A stretch of DNA of 64,000 nt, from positions 1,984,001 through 2,048,000 of the forward strand of contig CAJFCJ010000012.1 of NCBI GenBank assembly GCA_904063045.1, written 5' to 3'. The stretch's first letter is position 1. Every line of letters starts with the position of its first letter. Positions 37,301 through 52,000 of this stretch are shown one piece after another. Made by a program: the position numbers and the translations under genes. A model generated the notes under the pieces. That model worked only from the letters and a program-made list of their open reading frames with translations. It had not been told where the DNA came from and ran no database searches. The stretch is from Dimorphilus gyrociliatus. Lineage: Eukaryota; Animalia; Annelida.

Positions 37301-39188
37301 TCTCTTGATCGATGATATTTACTAGTTAGAAATGACGATTTCCTATTATCATTATATTTTCTCTTTTTTGGACTGAAAGCTCTTAAACTGGAATCATCAT
37401 CATCCGACACAAGAATATCATCTAAATTTCCGTTTTCAGATCGTTTTCTATTGTTATCTCTAAGTTTAACAGCCAGCTTTTTAGCATCTGAATTACCCCG
37501 TGTCGTTTGCTGGCATAAGCCTGGTAATTTTTTGGGTGGACTCATTTTCTTCAGCTTTTCGTGTAATTTATGTAAGTGACCAAACATTGAACTTTTATTA
37601 CTACGTTTTTTATGAAGGTTAGCATTGGACTTATCTCGATATTTCTCTTTAATTATTTTCCCAGATCGATTTCTCATTAGATCTTTCTTTCTGATTGTTG
37701 CCACTTTAGAATTAACCACATTTCGCCTCTTTTTACCAAATGCCGAGAAATCTCTCTTTTCCCTCTTTCTCATTGTTATATCATCTTCATCCATACACCT
37801 TTCATTTAAATCATCTTCACTCGATTGGATTTCAATATTTCCAGCCTCTCTGTCATTGATCTCCAGCTCCATTTCCCTTTTATCATCCTCGTCTTCCTGA
37901 TTGTCATTAACACGAGTCGTTTGACGAGCACATCGAGTAGTGATTTTATGCAATAGATCATTGACAGTTATATCGGTGGCTGGATCCTTCGTTCTTGTCG
38001 GTGGTATATCTTTTGAAGATGACGATGTCGACGACTGAGCTAAAATATGTTCAAGTGAATCAACACCGTACCCTAGTCCTTGCCTTTGTAAAAACAAATG
38101 AAGCATATCTTCTAAACACTGACTTAAAACTCTCCAATGTTTAAAAGCAACTAAAGTCTTCCTCGGTTCGAATGTAATATCGTATTCTGCTAAAGGACAA
38201 TCGATATTAATTATATAATAAGGATGTCTGTCATTCTCTCTTTTCAATGCTCCATTCTCATCAGTTTGAAACTTTTTACAAATTAAAGACCTCTTTAAGA
38301 AAAAATTCATAGTTTTATGAATTTTAGTACGTAAAACTAGCCTTCTATTAACATATACAAATTGTAAATTCTTATTCTTATAACTTTGAGTTGATATGTA
38401 ACCATCTACAGTAAAATTCTCTTTTGCAGCTGAAATCTTTTCAAGTGAATCAGCTTTCTTTGAGCCGTATATACTGGTGAAAGAACCAAGCATTCCGCTA
38501 CATTTGTGAGTTTGCAGTAGTTTTGCACCATTCGTATCGTTTCTCAATGTAAACGAGACTTTATTATGAATTAACGCGTGAGCCTCCATAGTTAAACGGA
38601 TTTGTTCCATTTCTATATTTTCTTTAATCATTTTCTTTCTTACAGGTAAATTATAAAATAGTCCATCCACGAAGATAGAACTTCCACCGCTGGAACGGGG
38701 TTCTTTTTCGGTTAAGGAGTAGAATTCTCCAGCTTTGAATTTTAATACATGTGTTGATGGATCATTCCTTATACGAGATTCAATTTCAAGTTGACGACAA
38801 GTTTCTCGAATACTTGCTAAGGCTTCTCCCCTATAACCAAAGTAAGTAAGATTTTCAACATCCATCAAGGTATGGCATTTACTACTATGATATCTAAAAG
38901 TGAAATGAGGAAACGTTATTTTTTGTATCCTTCTACTAGTTATATTTATTACCTTTTTCCAACAGTTTCCATATCACGTTTGGTCATACCCCGACCATTA
39001 TCAATAACATAAATATAACTGTTTGCAATGTGTACTCTTACAGCAATGCATGTTGCACCCGCATCTAAAGCATTCAAGACAAGTTCTTCTACACATTGAG
39101 CATACGAGGTAATAGCAATAGATGATCGAAGTTTCTCTCTTAATTTCTTTTCCAAAGGTCGTATATTCCTATGAGTCGATTGAGACAT
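34329..39188 (-). CDS. MLH3: MutL-gamma mismatch-repair / meiotic endonuclease MLH3
   Basis: GHKL ATPase motifs (EELVLNALDAGA, DNGRGM, YFGYRGEALASI), a large central low-complexity exon, the DQHAAHERIRLE endonuclease motif near 35110-35150 and CNLPFQCAHGRPSV. Confidence 0.95.
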
Positions 39189-39708
39189 ACTATATAAGGA
39201 ATTAAAATTGCAATAGATATTGCTAAATGGTTATAGGTAACGTTTAGCGAAGTATTCTTTCACCCTACCAGTTTGTTTAGGTTACCCAAGCAATTCTAAG
39301 TTTAAATTCTGACAGGATACTTTTAAAATATCGTCGAAATAGACCAACTTTCGTAATGCTTACATAACAAAACACTTCAAATACTTGCAAGTTTTCTGTT
39401 GAGAATTTTCAAAGTTTTAAAATACACATATAGAAACGAGTTATGGTTAAAATACAAGCCAATTACATGAAATTATCTTGTCTTTAATGAATATTTTGCA
39501 AAAATTTTTAAGATTAAGTTAAAGCTCCAGACAATTTTGCCTAAGTCATCCAATAAATATATTTTGTAATATCTTGCTAGGTTACGGGCTCCCCGTTCCA
39601 AATGTAAAAGTTTCTGTTTTAATAGTTATATATAGAAAAAATAGAACCACTTTCATTTCTAAAAGTTGGGTAGTATCGCTCAAAAATTATTCTTTTGCTT
39701 TTCAAACA

Positions 39709-41614
39709 ATGTCTGAATTTCATTCAGATTCCAAAATTGTCGATATTGAGCAACATTTGCAAAAACTCTATATACTAATCAATAAATTTCGTTGGCTAAT
39801 TGATATCTACATATCTGTAAGAATCGTAAAAACATATATTTACAGTAACTCACGTGCGCATTTTTCTATTATTCCAGGACTTTTTCACGGAAAAATTATG
39901 TGAGAGAGTCAATAAAAGTTGGTGGGCAACATTGACATCCTTAAAAAGTGAAGAACTATTATCATTGCTATCGGATGGTCAATGGAAAAGCAGGTAATTT
40001 ATCATATATTAACGATTTTCAACCATTGTTCATTTGTTAAGAGGAAAAACTTTTAAATTTCAAAATCAATACTGCAAACTTTTTTTTTTGCAGTAAAGTA
40101 TGGCCTCTTGGTTTATTAGCGTATCGAAGGGCAATTCATTCATTAAGCCTTAAAAGATATATTCCCGAGTCTGTGAAATTTAAAGATGGACAATATTTAA
40201 ACTTGAATCAAATATTTCGTAAACATGTTAAGCCAAAGAAACAGCACGAAATTCATTCAGCTGCAAAGGTTTATTTAGTTTTTTTTTTATTAAAAAAAAT
40301 TACACTTTTCTCATTCAGCTTATAAACGATATTAGCCAAAATGTTGGCTCGAACTCATTAATTGACTTTGGCGGTGGACAGGGTCACCTGTCTCGTTTAT
40401 TGTCTTATCAATACGGGTTGAATGCCATTACCATAGATGCCTGTTCAGATCATCAAGTTAAAAATGAAATATTTGACAGGTTTATATAAAAATGCTAACA
40501 GTATTAAAGTTTTATTCAATTAGAATGTTTTATTCATATTTCTTAGGGAAATTGAAAGAGTTCTCAGGAATGACGTAAACGTTCAAAGGTGTCATGTAAT
40601 TGAAACTATCCAAACTGACACTATTCCAAATCAGTTTATAGATAAAATAAATCAAACGACTATAAACCAAAAAGATAAAAATCATCAATTATTAAAGAAT
40701 TTAGATCAAAATGAGCAATTGGATAAAAAATTTACTTTTATAACTTTGCATGGATGCGGTAATTTAATTCCGACAATTTTAAGGCTTTATTCAAATTGTA
40801 CAAGTGCCGTTGGTTTAGTAAATGTTAGTTGTTGCTATATGAAAATGGACGAGTAAGCTAATCACTGTTTTCTTTTCGATTAGTAAGAATAAAAAACAAT
40901 TAAATTCTTTTCAAGGCTAACTAGTTTCCCATTAAGTTCCTTTCTTCGATCAAAGTCTGATTCCAATCTTTCGTGGGAAGCTAAAGAATTAGCTTGTCAT
41001 TTCATAGATTCCTACATGGAAAAGCTTATGGGTAAGATAATTTTCTGCAACTTTCTTAAATCATTATAAGTTTTGATAAAAAAATTAACAGAGAATCATC
41101 CAAATTTGAAATCTCATTGCTATAGAGCAGCAATGCAAGAAGTACTAAAAGAAAAAGATGAAACTTTCTGCAACAGTACTATTAAGCTTAAAGTAAAGAA
41201 TATCTATGAAATGAACTTTACAACGTGAGTTATTTGATACACAATAGAATGAACTGTTAAAGCAAATATCAATGACAGATATGCCGAAAAAGTACTTGAA
41301 AAGTTAAAATTTTCACCTGGGTTAACTGAATATCAGGAGGAAAGATCTAAAGAAAGACTACTAAAATGGTTCGACGTCGTGGTCTTATACGTATTACGAT
41401 TAGCAATAGCTCCTGTGATAGAAAGCGTTATTTTATTGGATCGATTATTATTCCTAAAGGAACAAGGTAAAAATAGAAAATGGATTATGCTTGTGTCTCA
41501 TTAAAAAATTATTTCATGTTTATTATATTTACAGGTTTTAAATCATACATTCAACCGATCTTTGATCCTTCAGTATCTCCAAGGAATTTTGCTCTGATTT
41601 CTGAAAAAATCTAA
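39709..41614 (+). CDS. METTL25B: Methyltransferase-like 25B / RRNAD1
   Basis: Motifs VKPKKQHEI, IDFGGGQGHLSR, LHGCGNL, SCCYMK, ELACH, HCYRA, APVIESVILLDRLLFL and FDPSVSPRNFAL. Confidence 0.85.
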
Positions 41615-41808
41615 TTTATTTCAGTTATATTTAATTTATAGGAAATTATCTTTAAAAATCAAACAAGACTTAAGTTTTCTCAAAAGATTTTTTTCATTTA
41701 TCATAAACGAAAAACTGTATTTGTAATGAAATAGAACATGAAAATCTCTTAAAAAAAGAGACAACTATAGGAAAGAAACAAAGAGAAAAGACTTATTTTT
41801 TAAAATCA

Positions 41809-42484
41809 TTAACCATTCTTCTTAGACGATAAAATATCCTTTCTCAATTCCGATAACAATCGTAGATTGAATTTGTAAGTATGACGTTTTCCAGGAATTT
41901 TTGTTAAAATCATTTTATTATAATAATATCTGAGTGCTCTTGCTAATTTTTCATAAGTCATATTTGACTTTTTCTTAGTTCTTCCCCACATTTCGGCCAA
42001 TTCCAGTGGATTTCTGATATAGAATTGTCCCTGAATGGAGAAATAAAATTACGTATGGGAAGAGAATTCTATATTTCTGATAAACATTTTATATTTACTG
42101 AATAACTTTCCCAAATAATTAAATTGGAATAGTCTTGAGGATTATTCAATAGATGAACCAAAAATTCCCATAATCGAGTTGGTCCTTTTCTAACTGTATT
42201 AAGTAAGAAAGATAAAGTGAATTTGTGAATATATACTGTATATTTCATATTACAAGTAATAATATTCATATATATTGCTATTAGGAAAGAAAGAACATTA
42301 CCTTCTGGAGATTTGATTTCAAAAGTATAATAATCCTGTTCCAAATCAGTTATAAGCCTTATTATTCCACTTAAATCATGATCCACAACATTTTTATCCA
42401 AAATCTGAACACTAAAGCAATTCGTATAGCGAGCAGTTTGAGACATCTTTACCTTCCTCTGAAAATTTTTCAACTGGTCACACA
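41809..42484 (-). CDS. ETS-domain transcription factor; 5' end unresolved
   Basis: [15 protein letters not shown]|[55 protein letters not shown] further acceptor at 42485 implies upstream exon(s). Confidence 0.88.
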
Positions 42485-43336
42485 CTAGGTGAAAGTATCT
42501 ATTAATAATAAATTTATATATACTATATACTATATTGTATATATTAGTATATACAATATAGTTCAAAGTTAAATCTATGCTCCAGTCAGTATAGTAGAGT
42601 ATATGATATATAATATTCAAATTTGTTATAATATCATTAATCTAGATAATTAAATTTCGATTTTTTTCGTAATAGAATTTTAGCCTAGATTTAATTCTAT
42701 TTTTATGGTCCAAAGCTAGTTTTTCTATTGAAATAAAACAATAGATTCTAAGAAAAACTTTAAATGAAAGGAGAGTTATATTCTTTAAAAAAGAACATTT
42801 CAAGACAAATTTCGCTTTTATATTTTCTCTTTTCATCTTCTTTATACTCTCTAATCCTTCTTTTCCATTTGCCAAACAATAAATTGATACATTCAAACAT
42901 TTATTAAGTATACTCCTAGTTTAATATGCTTTAGGAGTAATATTGATAAATACTACAATTGTACTCCAAATGCAATGTTAAATCCACCGTGCAGACAACT
43001 TAATAAAAAAGTCACGTTGTTTTCGGCATAAAATTCTATTCATTAAGTAAATAAATTGAAATAATTCAAAGGTAAAAAATAAGTCAATTATCGACAAAGG
43101 CATCAGTTAAACTTGCCAATTTTTCAATTAACTTTAAAAAATCATAAGAAATCGTTTAATGAATTGAGTACTCGATTTATTTATATACTTCTAACATTTA
43201 ATATGAATATATTTACACATGTATTGTCTATTCTTTTTAAGAGCAGCTGATCCACGAGAATCGTCGTATAAAGTGCCGGACAAATAATTAATCAAAGAGA
43301 AAAAATGAGCATTAAGTCTGTATAAATCATTTATAG

Positions 43337-44320
43337 ATAAATTACAAGCAGAATAATAATAATCCCTATTACGATAGAATTTTGAATCGTGCTTTAGCCG
43401 CACCGAAAGCACGTCAACGTTTTGGATTAGTGGCGCTAGAAGGAGTTCGATTAATAAATGATGCTTTAGAAGCTAAAGCACAACTTAAGGGTATTTATTA
43501 CTCGAATTCGGAAACTTTGAGTAGATTAAATATTGAAAATTCCTCTTCTGTACCGTCTATTAAAATTAGTTGGAAAGATATTAAGAGATTATCAGATGTC
43601 GATGCTCCTACCGGTGTTATAGGTGTGTTTAACTATAGCAGCTTACTATATATGTATACTATCTATTATTTATATTTTTAAAGCCGTTTTCAAAGAACCT
43701 AAAAGTTGGCCATCAAATGAAAACAGAGAACAACTACCGTTATCTTTGATATGCGATCAAATAAGGGATCCAGGAAATATGGGTACCCTCATTAGAACGG
43801 CCGCAGCCTGCGGGTGTAAAGAGGTGTTATTGACAAAAGGTTTAACAAAATTATTTCAATTAAATACAGTTATAATTAACCTAATTTTAGGTTCGACCGA
43901 CGTTTGGCAAAGAAAAGTTGTTAGGGCAGGAGCTGGCGCCCATTTCCGAATTCCTATTCGACAACTTCCTTCTTGGCCTATAGTTCTACCAGACAACAGC
44001 AGGGTTAGCTTTCGCATAGTGTGATGAGAATTTAGCAGAGAGCTGTTTACTTATTTATACAGATAATCGCTGCAGATCCAGTTAGTGAAAATGCTATAGA
44101 CTTTAAACAAGCACACTTTGCAGACAGAAAAGAAACTTTCCTAATTATAGGTGGTGAGACGCACGGGATAAGCAACGAAAGCTTCAACTTAGTGAAATCC
44201 TTCAATGGTCTCCGATTAAACATACCGTGCCATACAAACAGCTTAAATACAACAATAGCTGCGGGAATTATTATGTATGAAATTCGATATCAAATGTTGA
44301 AAATAAAGGACAGGAGCTAA
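43337..44320 (+). CDS. MRM3: Mitochondrial rRNA methyltransferase 3 (SpoU/TrmH family); 5' exon(s) unresolved
   Basis: Motifs LEGVRLINDAL, LICDQIRDPGNMGTLIRTAAACG, KVVRAGAGAHFR, IIGGETHG and SLNTTIAAGIIMYE. Confidence 0.85.
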
Positions 44321-44741
44321 CTCATTCAAATATATATGCTAGTGAATATAGTAGCAACGTTCAATACATTGCGCTAATCATTCTTGACTAGTTTTTTATT
44401 TGTTTAGTACCTAAACAAATTATTTGTTTTGAAATAGCTTTCAGTGTTCAATCAAAATTTTAGTTCAATATTTTTTAACTGATTTGTGCTCTACTTGTCG
44501 AGTGAAATTTTTTTGCCCTACTTTTTCTTCGATTTATTCAGTTACATTCCATTTACGATTTAACTTTATTTTGCATAATTAAACTAGATCACTTTTACGG
44601 TACAAAAACATAACATCATTAAATAAAGAACGAAGCAAAGTGAGTTATAACGCAAACACCTTAAATGTTAAGGATATTACTACAACGATGTAGTAATGCT
44701 TCAAACAACAGATGCAGCTGGGAAATTCACATTCTTCAGAT

Positions 44742-46039
<1,298 letters not shown>

Positions 46040-46210
46040 TTTCCCTAACTCCTGACACTTCTTCCACCGGCAATATGGCGTTCTCGCGTCAACTTCACTG
46101 CGCATGCGTATTCGCCGCCATCGCGTTCAAGATTCAAAATGGCGTATTAGCAAAACGATTATAGATTTTGTTACGTTTCTTTACTAATCGGATTACGTAT
46201 TGGTTTTAAA
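46040..46210. promoter_or_regulatory. Compact bidirectional promoter region shared by SRSF10 and the zinc-finger gene
   Basis: Only 171 bp lie between the divergent ATGs. The segment is GC-elevated, with NRF1-like TGCGCATGCGTA (46099-46110) and YY1-like CGCCAT/ATGGCG cores. Confidence 0.6.
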
Positions 46211-49200
46211 ATGAACGAGCTGACTGTTGAAACACCAGAAAATGAATCTATTACATTGGAAATAGTGTCTCCTGAAGAATACCCAAACATTTCAGAATCA
46301 ACTACATCTCAAAAAACTCACTTTCAAGTTAATCGTAAACAAAAAAAGGATCAACAGCTCTTGGATAAACCACCTTTCAACTGCATCATATGTTCTGATA
46401 CGATGAAAAGTCTCGCAGATTTATTAGCACATTACAAATCTCGTCATGTGGAAAAAGTTATAAAAAAGGCGGGAAAAAACCCCCTAGATTCTCAACAATG
46501 TAATGCTATTGTCTGTTCTCAGTGTGATAAGACTTGCTATCTAAGTGACAATCCTCAACTGGCAGTATCGACAAGATTACGCTACTGCGTTCAGAACATA
46601 GTCAACCATTACATAAATACTCATAAAATACAAAAACCATCATACGTAAACCAATATAAATGCGATCTGTGTTCGTTTACATCTATTTATAAATCTATCT
46701 TAAAAAATCATTTGAAATTTGTGCACAAAATTGTTGAAGAGCAAGGAAGAAAGAGTATAAAGCAAGAAAATAATCTGGAGAAAGGAACTGCGTCTGTAAT
46801 ATCTCCAAAATCTAATCAACTTTTTCTAAATAAGGACAACATTATATGTATATTTTGCCATTCCGTACAAAATTCGTTAAACGACTACCTAATCCACATA
46901 TCAAGTAGTCATATTACGCAAGTCGAACTTCAAGAAGGAGATGGGGCAAGTCAAAACTTTCCAGCATATATATGCCATCAGCCTGATTGCAGTTTCGTAA
47001 CAGTGTTGGATATGGAATCAGATTCAATAATGTTAGGTTTACACTCTTTCTACGTTCATTTAAATATGGAGCATACTATTGATGTTTCGAACATATGTAT
47101 AGAATATTATTGTTCATTTTGCCCATTTAAAAGCTGCTGTCAACTAATAGTTGACGAACACGAAATAGAAGAACATTGTCAATCCGTTCCGGATGTGGAA
47201 TATTCAACAATTTCATTATTTAAGGAATCAGTCTCATTTAGTTGTTTTATTTGCTCTGGTAAAATGGAGAATTCTGAAAAATTAATGGATCATATAAGTA
47301 ATTGTCATATTAAAGGCGTTGTTAAACACTTTAAGGATAATATCTGCTCAGAGATTGTTAAGGATTCTTGCTTCTTTAAATGCAGTTTTTGTTCCTATTC
47401 AACATGCTTGGATTCAAATAAAGGAGAGCAAATAATTAAAATTCTAACCCATCTTGTTCAAACTCACGATTTTGATTTACCAGAATATTTTAAACGTTAC
47501 AATTGTTCCCATTGCCAGTACTCTACCTTCTCCGAACGACATTTAACAAAACATTATTCGAAGGTACATAAAACAATTAGAAAATCAGAAGCCGAAGACG
47601 GATGCGAATTTAAACAAGTACGAAATCATTTTCAAGATGTTGATGTCTATAATTGTTTCCTTTGCGATTCGGAATTTCCATCCGATCAGCAATTGGTAAA
47701 ACATTTTACGGTGGAACATTTAAAAATGGGTAAAAATATTTTGGGTAGGAAGAAACGAGTCAAAGATCTCGAAAGTAGCGGATCACTAAAATATTTCGAA
47801 TGTGCCGTTTCGTCATGTGAATACAAGTTTGTTGTTAAATCGGTTGGGATGTGTGATGCGCTGAAAATGGTTGCTAATCATATGGTCAGGAAACATAATA
47901 CTCCTATACCAAACTATCTAATTCGACATTCGTGTAGACAATGTGACTATTACACGTTCGTTGAACATGTATACAAGAATCACTTGAAGAGTCATAACGT
48001 AAAACATTTTTATTATTATTATTCTTTACTAATTATTCCCTTCTATCTTTCACTCTGTTTATCTATCTATCTATCTTTGAGAAAATCTTTTCAACGTTCA
48101 CTTTTCACCTTTAGAAATCGGTTGAAAGTTGCGGAAAATGTGGTAAAACCTTATCGTCTGCGAGCCTACAGCGTCACGAAAAAGTTTGTAGGACCGATGT
48201 TAAAACGGACTCCTATTGCGAAGTTTGTCATAAATCGTTTGCAAATAGTGTGATGCTCAAAAGTCACATTGAAAGAGTTCATGAAAATGTAAAAAACTAC
48301 TCTTGTCATCTATGTAATGTATGTTTCACAAACTTTTTATCTTCATTCCTTTATAAAAATCTTCCATCTTATTTTACACATTTTTCTTTTCAGACATATT
48401 ATTACAAATTGGAACAATATGAAAATCATATGTTTGTCAAACACAAGCAAAATATATCAAATCGAACAATTTATCAGTGTAGTAGTTGTTCATACTCTTG
48501 CCTCTCTAGATCGAGAATGAACAATCATACTAAAACTCATCTTGGAACTCAGCAATTTCGTTGTCGAATTTGTCGTAAAGGATTTCCCACCGCTGCTAGA
48601 TTGAAAATTCATGAGCTAACTCATTCAGAAGTTGCTAAAGGCGTTTTCGAATGTAAATTCTGTAAATTTAACTCAGCTATTAGACATTATGTTTATAGAC
48701 ATATAGCCACCCTTCATCCTCATTATAAGTACGTAATATTCGTTTATTCACACTAGAACTTTTAAGTAAAGTATGCTACCCTTTCAGACTAATCTGCAAA
48801 CATTGCTCCTTTGCAACTCCAAGTAGGGAGGCCATTAAGGTAAATTGAAACTTTTTGCTTTTATTTTTTATTATAAATGAATAAGACACGTTTCAGTTAA
48901 TTTCCTTTTTCGTCCTGTAGATACATTTAAATCGAAATCATGGGGTTCGAATTGAGATACCAAATATGAAACCGGAAAATGAACTTGACGTTGTCCAATT
49001 ACCAATAGATTTCCCAATTCCTGAAGCAGATTTACAACACTTTACAGAAACTCATCATTTTACACCAGAGATTCTCGGCTCTGATAAACAAATCGATTAT
49101 ACTGACGGCGAAGAAAATGTCATTTTATACGCATTAGACGAAACCAAAGAGAAAGAATTTGTTGAAGTAATGACCGAAGACCTACCGAAGGCGGAATCGG

Positions 49201-49217
49201 ATGTTCAACAATATTAG
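46211..49217 (+). CDS. Multi-C2H2 zinc-finger protein (roughly 18 fingers)
   Basis: A large first exon has 12 CxxC..HxxxxH units; later exons join in frame (from 48115: CGKCGK.., CEVCHKSF..H, CRICRKGF..H); the C-terminus is acidic. Confidence 0.88.
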
Positions 49218-49369
49218 ACCATTTCAATAATATTTCAATAGATAATTCTATTAAAATTTACTAAAAAGATTGTTTTTGCGAATGTTAATAAATTTTTTTT
49301 CTAATTATTGTTTTGTATTTCGAAATAGTTCTTACGCGAACAACATTCGTATACCAGTTTTCTTAATAT

Positions 49370-49379
49370 GTCACGTGAC
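49370..49379. promoter_or_regulatory. GTCACGTGAC (CLEAR-type E-box) upstream of the PLEKHJ1-like gene
   Basis: Exact palindrome about 90 bp upstream of ATG 49472. Confidence 0.4.
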
Positions 49380-49471
49380 ATTTTCATATCATTTCCAGAT
49401 AATTATATTCAAACAACAATCCAGTGTTATTCAACTTGGGAGTCATTGTCAAGTCATTTTAATCTGTTAAA

Positions 49472-50812
49472 ATGAAATTTAACGAAGATTCCCTTTATGC
49501 GTTGAGTAAAAAAAAACCCAACAAGGAAGGCCGTTTAGGATATAAAAAACCAGGACGAGAGAGTAATTAATTTTTCAACATCATCTACTTCAACTAATGA
49601 TTATGTTTTGTAGATTATAAAGACAGAATATGCAAATTGTATGCAAATATGCTCTTCTACTACGAAATAAATTCATTGGGACATGTAGTAAAGCACGAGG
49701 TCAGCTGAAATTACAATTTTAGTAATATATTATTAAAAAATCCTTCAATTAGGTATTATGTATTTTTTTTTTGTAGCCTCGAGGTGTCATTGTACTGGAA
49801 CGTTGCTTAATTTCAATAGATCCAATGGCCGATCAATGTTTTGTTTTTACAATAGGTAGCTAATTTCTCAATTTTTCTCAGTCTACTGTATTAAACGATC
49901 TTTCTCTTATTAGCTTTTGAAGGTGGAAGTACGCATTCTTTCAGTGGGAAAAGTCTCAAGACATGCGAAGAATGGGTTGATGTATTAAATAAAGCAAGGT
50001 TGTTTTAGTGATAATTTCATTGTTTACTTAAAAATTAATGAAAGTGCTTTACAGCTTTGAAAGTATTAAATCGGAAGTTGAACAACTTAGGTCAGAAATT
50101 ATTAAGAAAACTGGAAAGGTTTGTTTACAAATTTCTTATGTATATGCTGTTTGAAACTCTCTTTCATTAGGATCCATTACAAGATCAAGCTGCAAAATTC
50201 GTTCCAAAAGAGAAGAAAGATGTAACAGTTCAGTCAAAACCTAAAGTTACTAAATGGCTGTCAAACAAAGCAAGCATTGTGAAGACGTTAACTGAAGTTG
50301 CTTGTTCAGCTGTTACAAATAATCATAACCTACCAGACCCGAGAACTAATACTAAACGACCCGCTTCATCATCTAATGTTCAAAAAGCGAAACCTCCTAC
50401 TGCTGCGTCGGCAGGTGCAGCAGTACGACAACCACCACCACCGCCACCTAAACCATTTGAACCTGCCCAGTCATTCTCTCTACAACCGCATCAAAGTGTT
50501 CGACCTCCAAAACCAGAACAAATCTTCGAGGTTACACCTACTGCTGGCCTCAAAATCGAACCGGCTAAAAATACCAATCACTGGATGACTTTTGACGATT
50601 CTCCAAAAGCTCAACCAGCTACAACTAACCAAAATGCAGTTGGAAATGCGTCTCAAAATTTAGATTTATTGAAAGATTTGGGTTTACCATCAGAGCCGTC
50701 TAGACCCCCTCAAAATACAACTGTACCGAAGGATTTAGAATGGCTCATATCGGGAAAAGAAAAGCCGAAGCCCGATAATAAAAATGCGCAAGATGATCTT
50801 ATTAGCTGGTAG
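49472..50812 (+). CDS. PLEKHJ1: PH-domain protein of the PLEKHJ1 type with a Pro-rich C-terminal extension
   Basis: Six exons: MKFNEDSLYALS..NMLFYY..GVIVLERC..CEEWVDVLNKASFE..EIIKKTGKDPL. This matches the PLEKHJ1 pattern as recalled from memory. Confidence 0.75.
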
Positions 50813-50945
50813 AAAGAGATAATTGAGCTATTAACGTATGTGTGAATATACCAAACTTTCGAATAGCAAATAAAACAGATAGTATTAAATTTCAAAACAT
50901 GATTCCGTCATAAATGGAAACGAGTGTGTATTCCTCAACGAAAAG

Positions 50946-51982
50946 TTAAATCATTTTGCGGAGTAAAGCGTTTACTTTATCATCGCGATTACCATAATCA
51001 CCACCGTCAACAAAGTGGTTGTTCTTTTTTCTCCATCCGCCGTTGGGGTTATTTAACTTGAATGTCCACAAAAAGTTATTAGCCTGTTTGAAGTGTGGAC
51101 CAACGGTGAAGATTTCATGGATCAGGTCTTCGACACAGATGATACCATATTTGCCTGTAGAAATAACTTTCACGTTAGAAAACACTATTATGAAAATAAA
51201 ACGCAAAACATACCCAATTTGTTTTCAATTATGGCGTTATCTGACAACGCTACTCTGCGTCCGTTAACTTTAGCAAAACCACGCTTATAGATCAGCTCTT
51301 TTACCGTTTTAAGGTTTGGAGTTCCCCAGGTGATGTAGGGTTCGGCGATGCGGAGCATGTTGACGGTAGCTTTATTTAATCGCAAGAAGACTCCATTGTT
51401 GATTTGGAGTAAGCGGAACAACTTCATTACTTTCCTTGGCTTAGGGTGAATTCCGTTAATACCACGGATTCTGCAAACGAAAGCCAATTTTGGCTCAGCA
51501 GGAACGTAAAAATCATTATTTTTACGAGCTTGTCTGGCCAAACGAATTTCATCTCGTTCCTTCAAACGATATTCCCTTACATACTTTTCTGCTCTTTTAA
51601 AGATGAGTTGTCGTTTCTCAGAGAGGTTCTAAGAAATTTCAGCATGATTACGACAAATAAAGGGAGAAAAAGAATAAAATACCTTTCTTCTTGTTATCGC
51701 ACTCTTCTTAGCTTTCTCTCTGGCAGCCTCACGCTGCTTTCTTTTTTTCAAGAGGGTCTCAGGGACTTGCGGCAGCTTTTTCTTCCTATGAACACATTTG
51801 CGTTACAGTAATTATCAAATTACTAAAAGTTTAAAGCGAGATGTTAAATTGAGACTTCGGGATAAGATAAACAAAATATAGATTCTTTATTTTCCGAAGA
51901 CATAATAAAAGACGGTTGTTGATTCAATAGATAATTGTAGATTTCGTGTCTAATATCACAAACATACTTACTCTCCTGCCAT
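50946..51982 (-). CDS. RPL7: 60S ribosomal protein L7 (uL30)
   Basis: [90 protein letters not shown]. Confidence 0.98.
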
Positions 51983-51986
51983 GTTA

Positions 51987-52000
51987 CCGGAAAAGGAAAT
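51987..52000 (-). promoter_or_regulatory. TCT / 5'TOP pyrimidine tract of RPL7
   Basis: The minus strand reads ATTTCCTTTTCCGG just upstream of the ATG, matching the YYCTTTYY initiator of ribosomal protein genes. Confidence 0.65.

Noticed and set aside
35611-38200. Very long low-complexity central region in MLH3
   Set aside because: A large, poorly conserved linker between the ATPase and endonuclease domains is normal for MLH3.
44014-44075. GTGATGA (C-box-like) in an MRM3 intron
   Set aside because: No downstream CTGA D box, and the intron is too short.
51790-51971. Longer first intron of RPL7 as a possible snoRNA host
   Set aside because: No convincing C/D box pair or H/ACA architecture seen.
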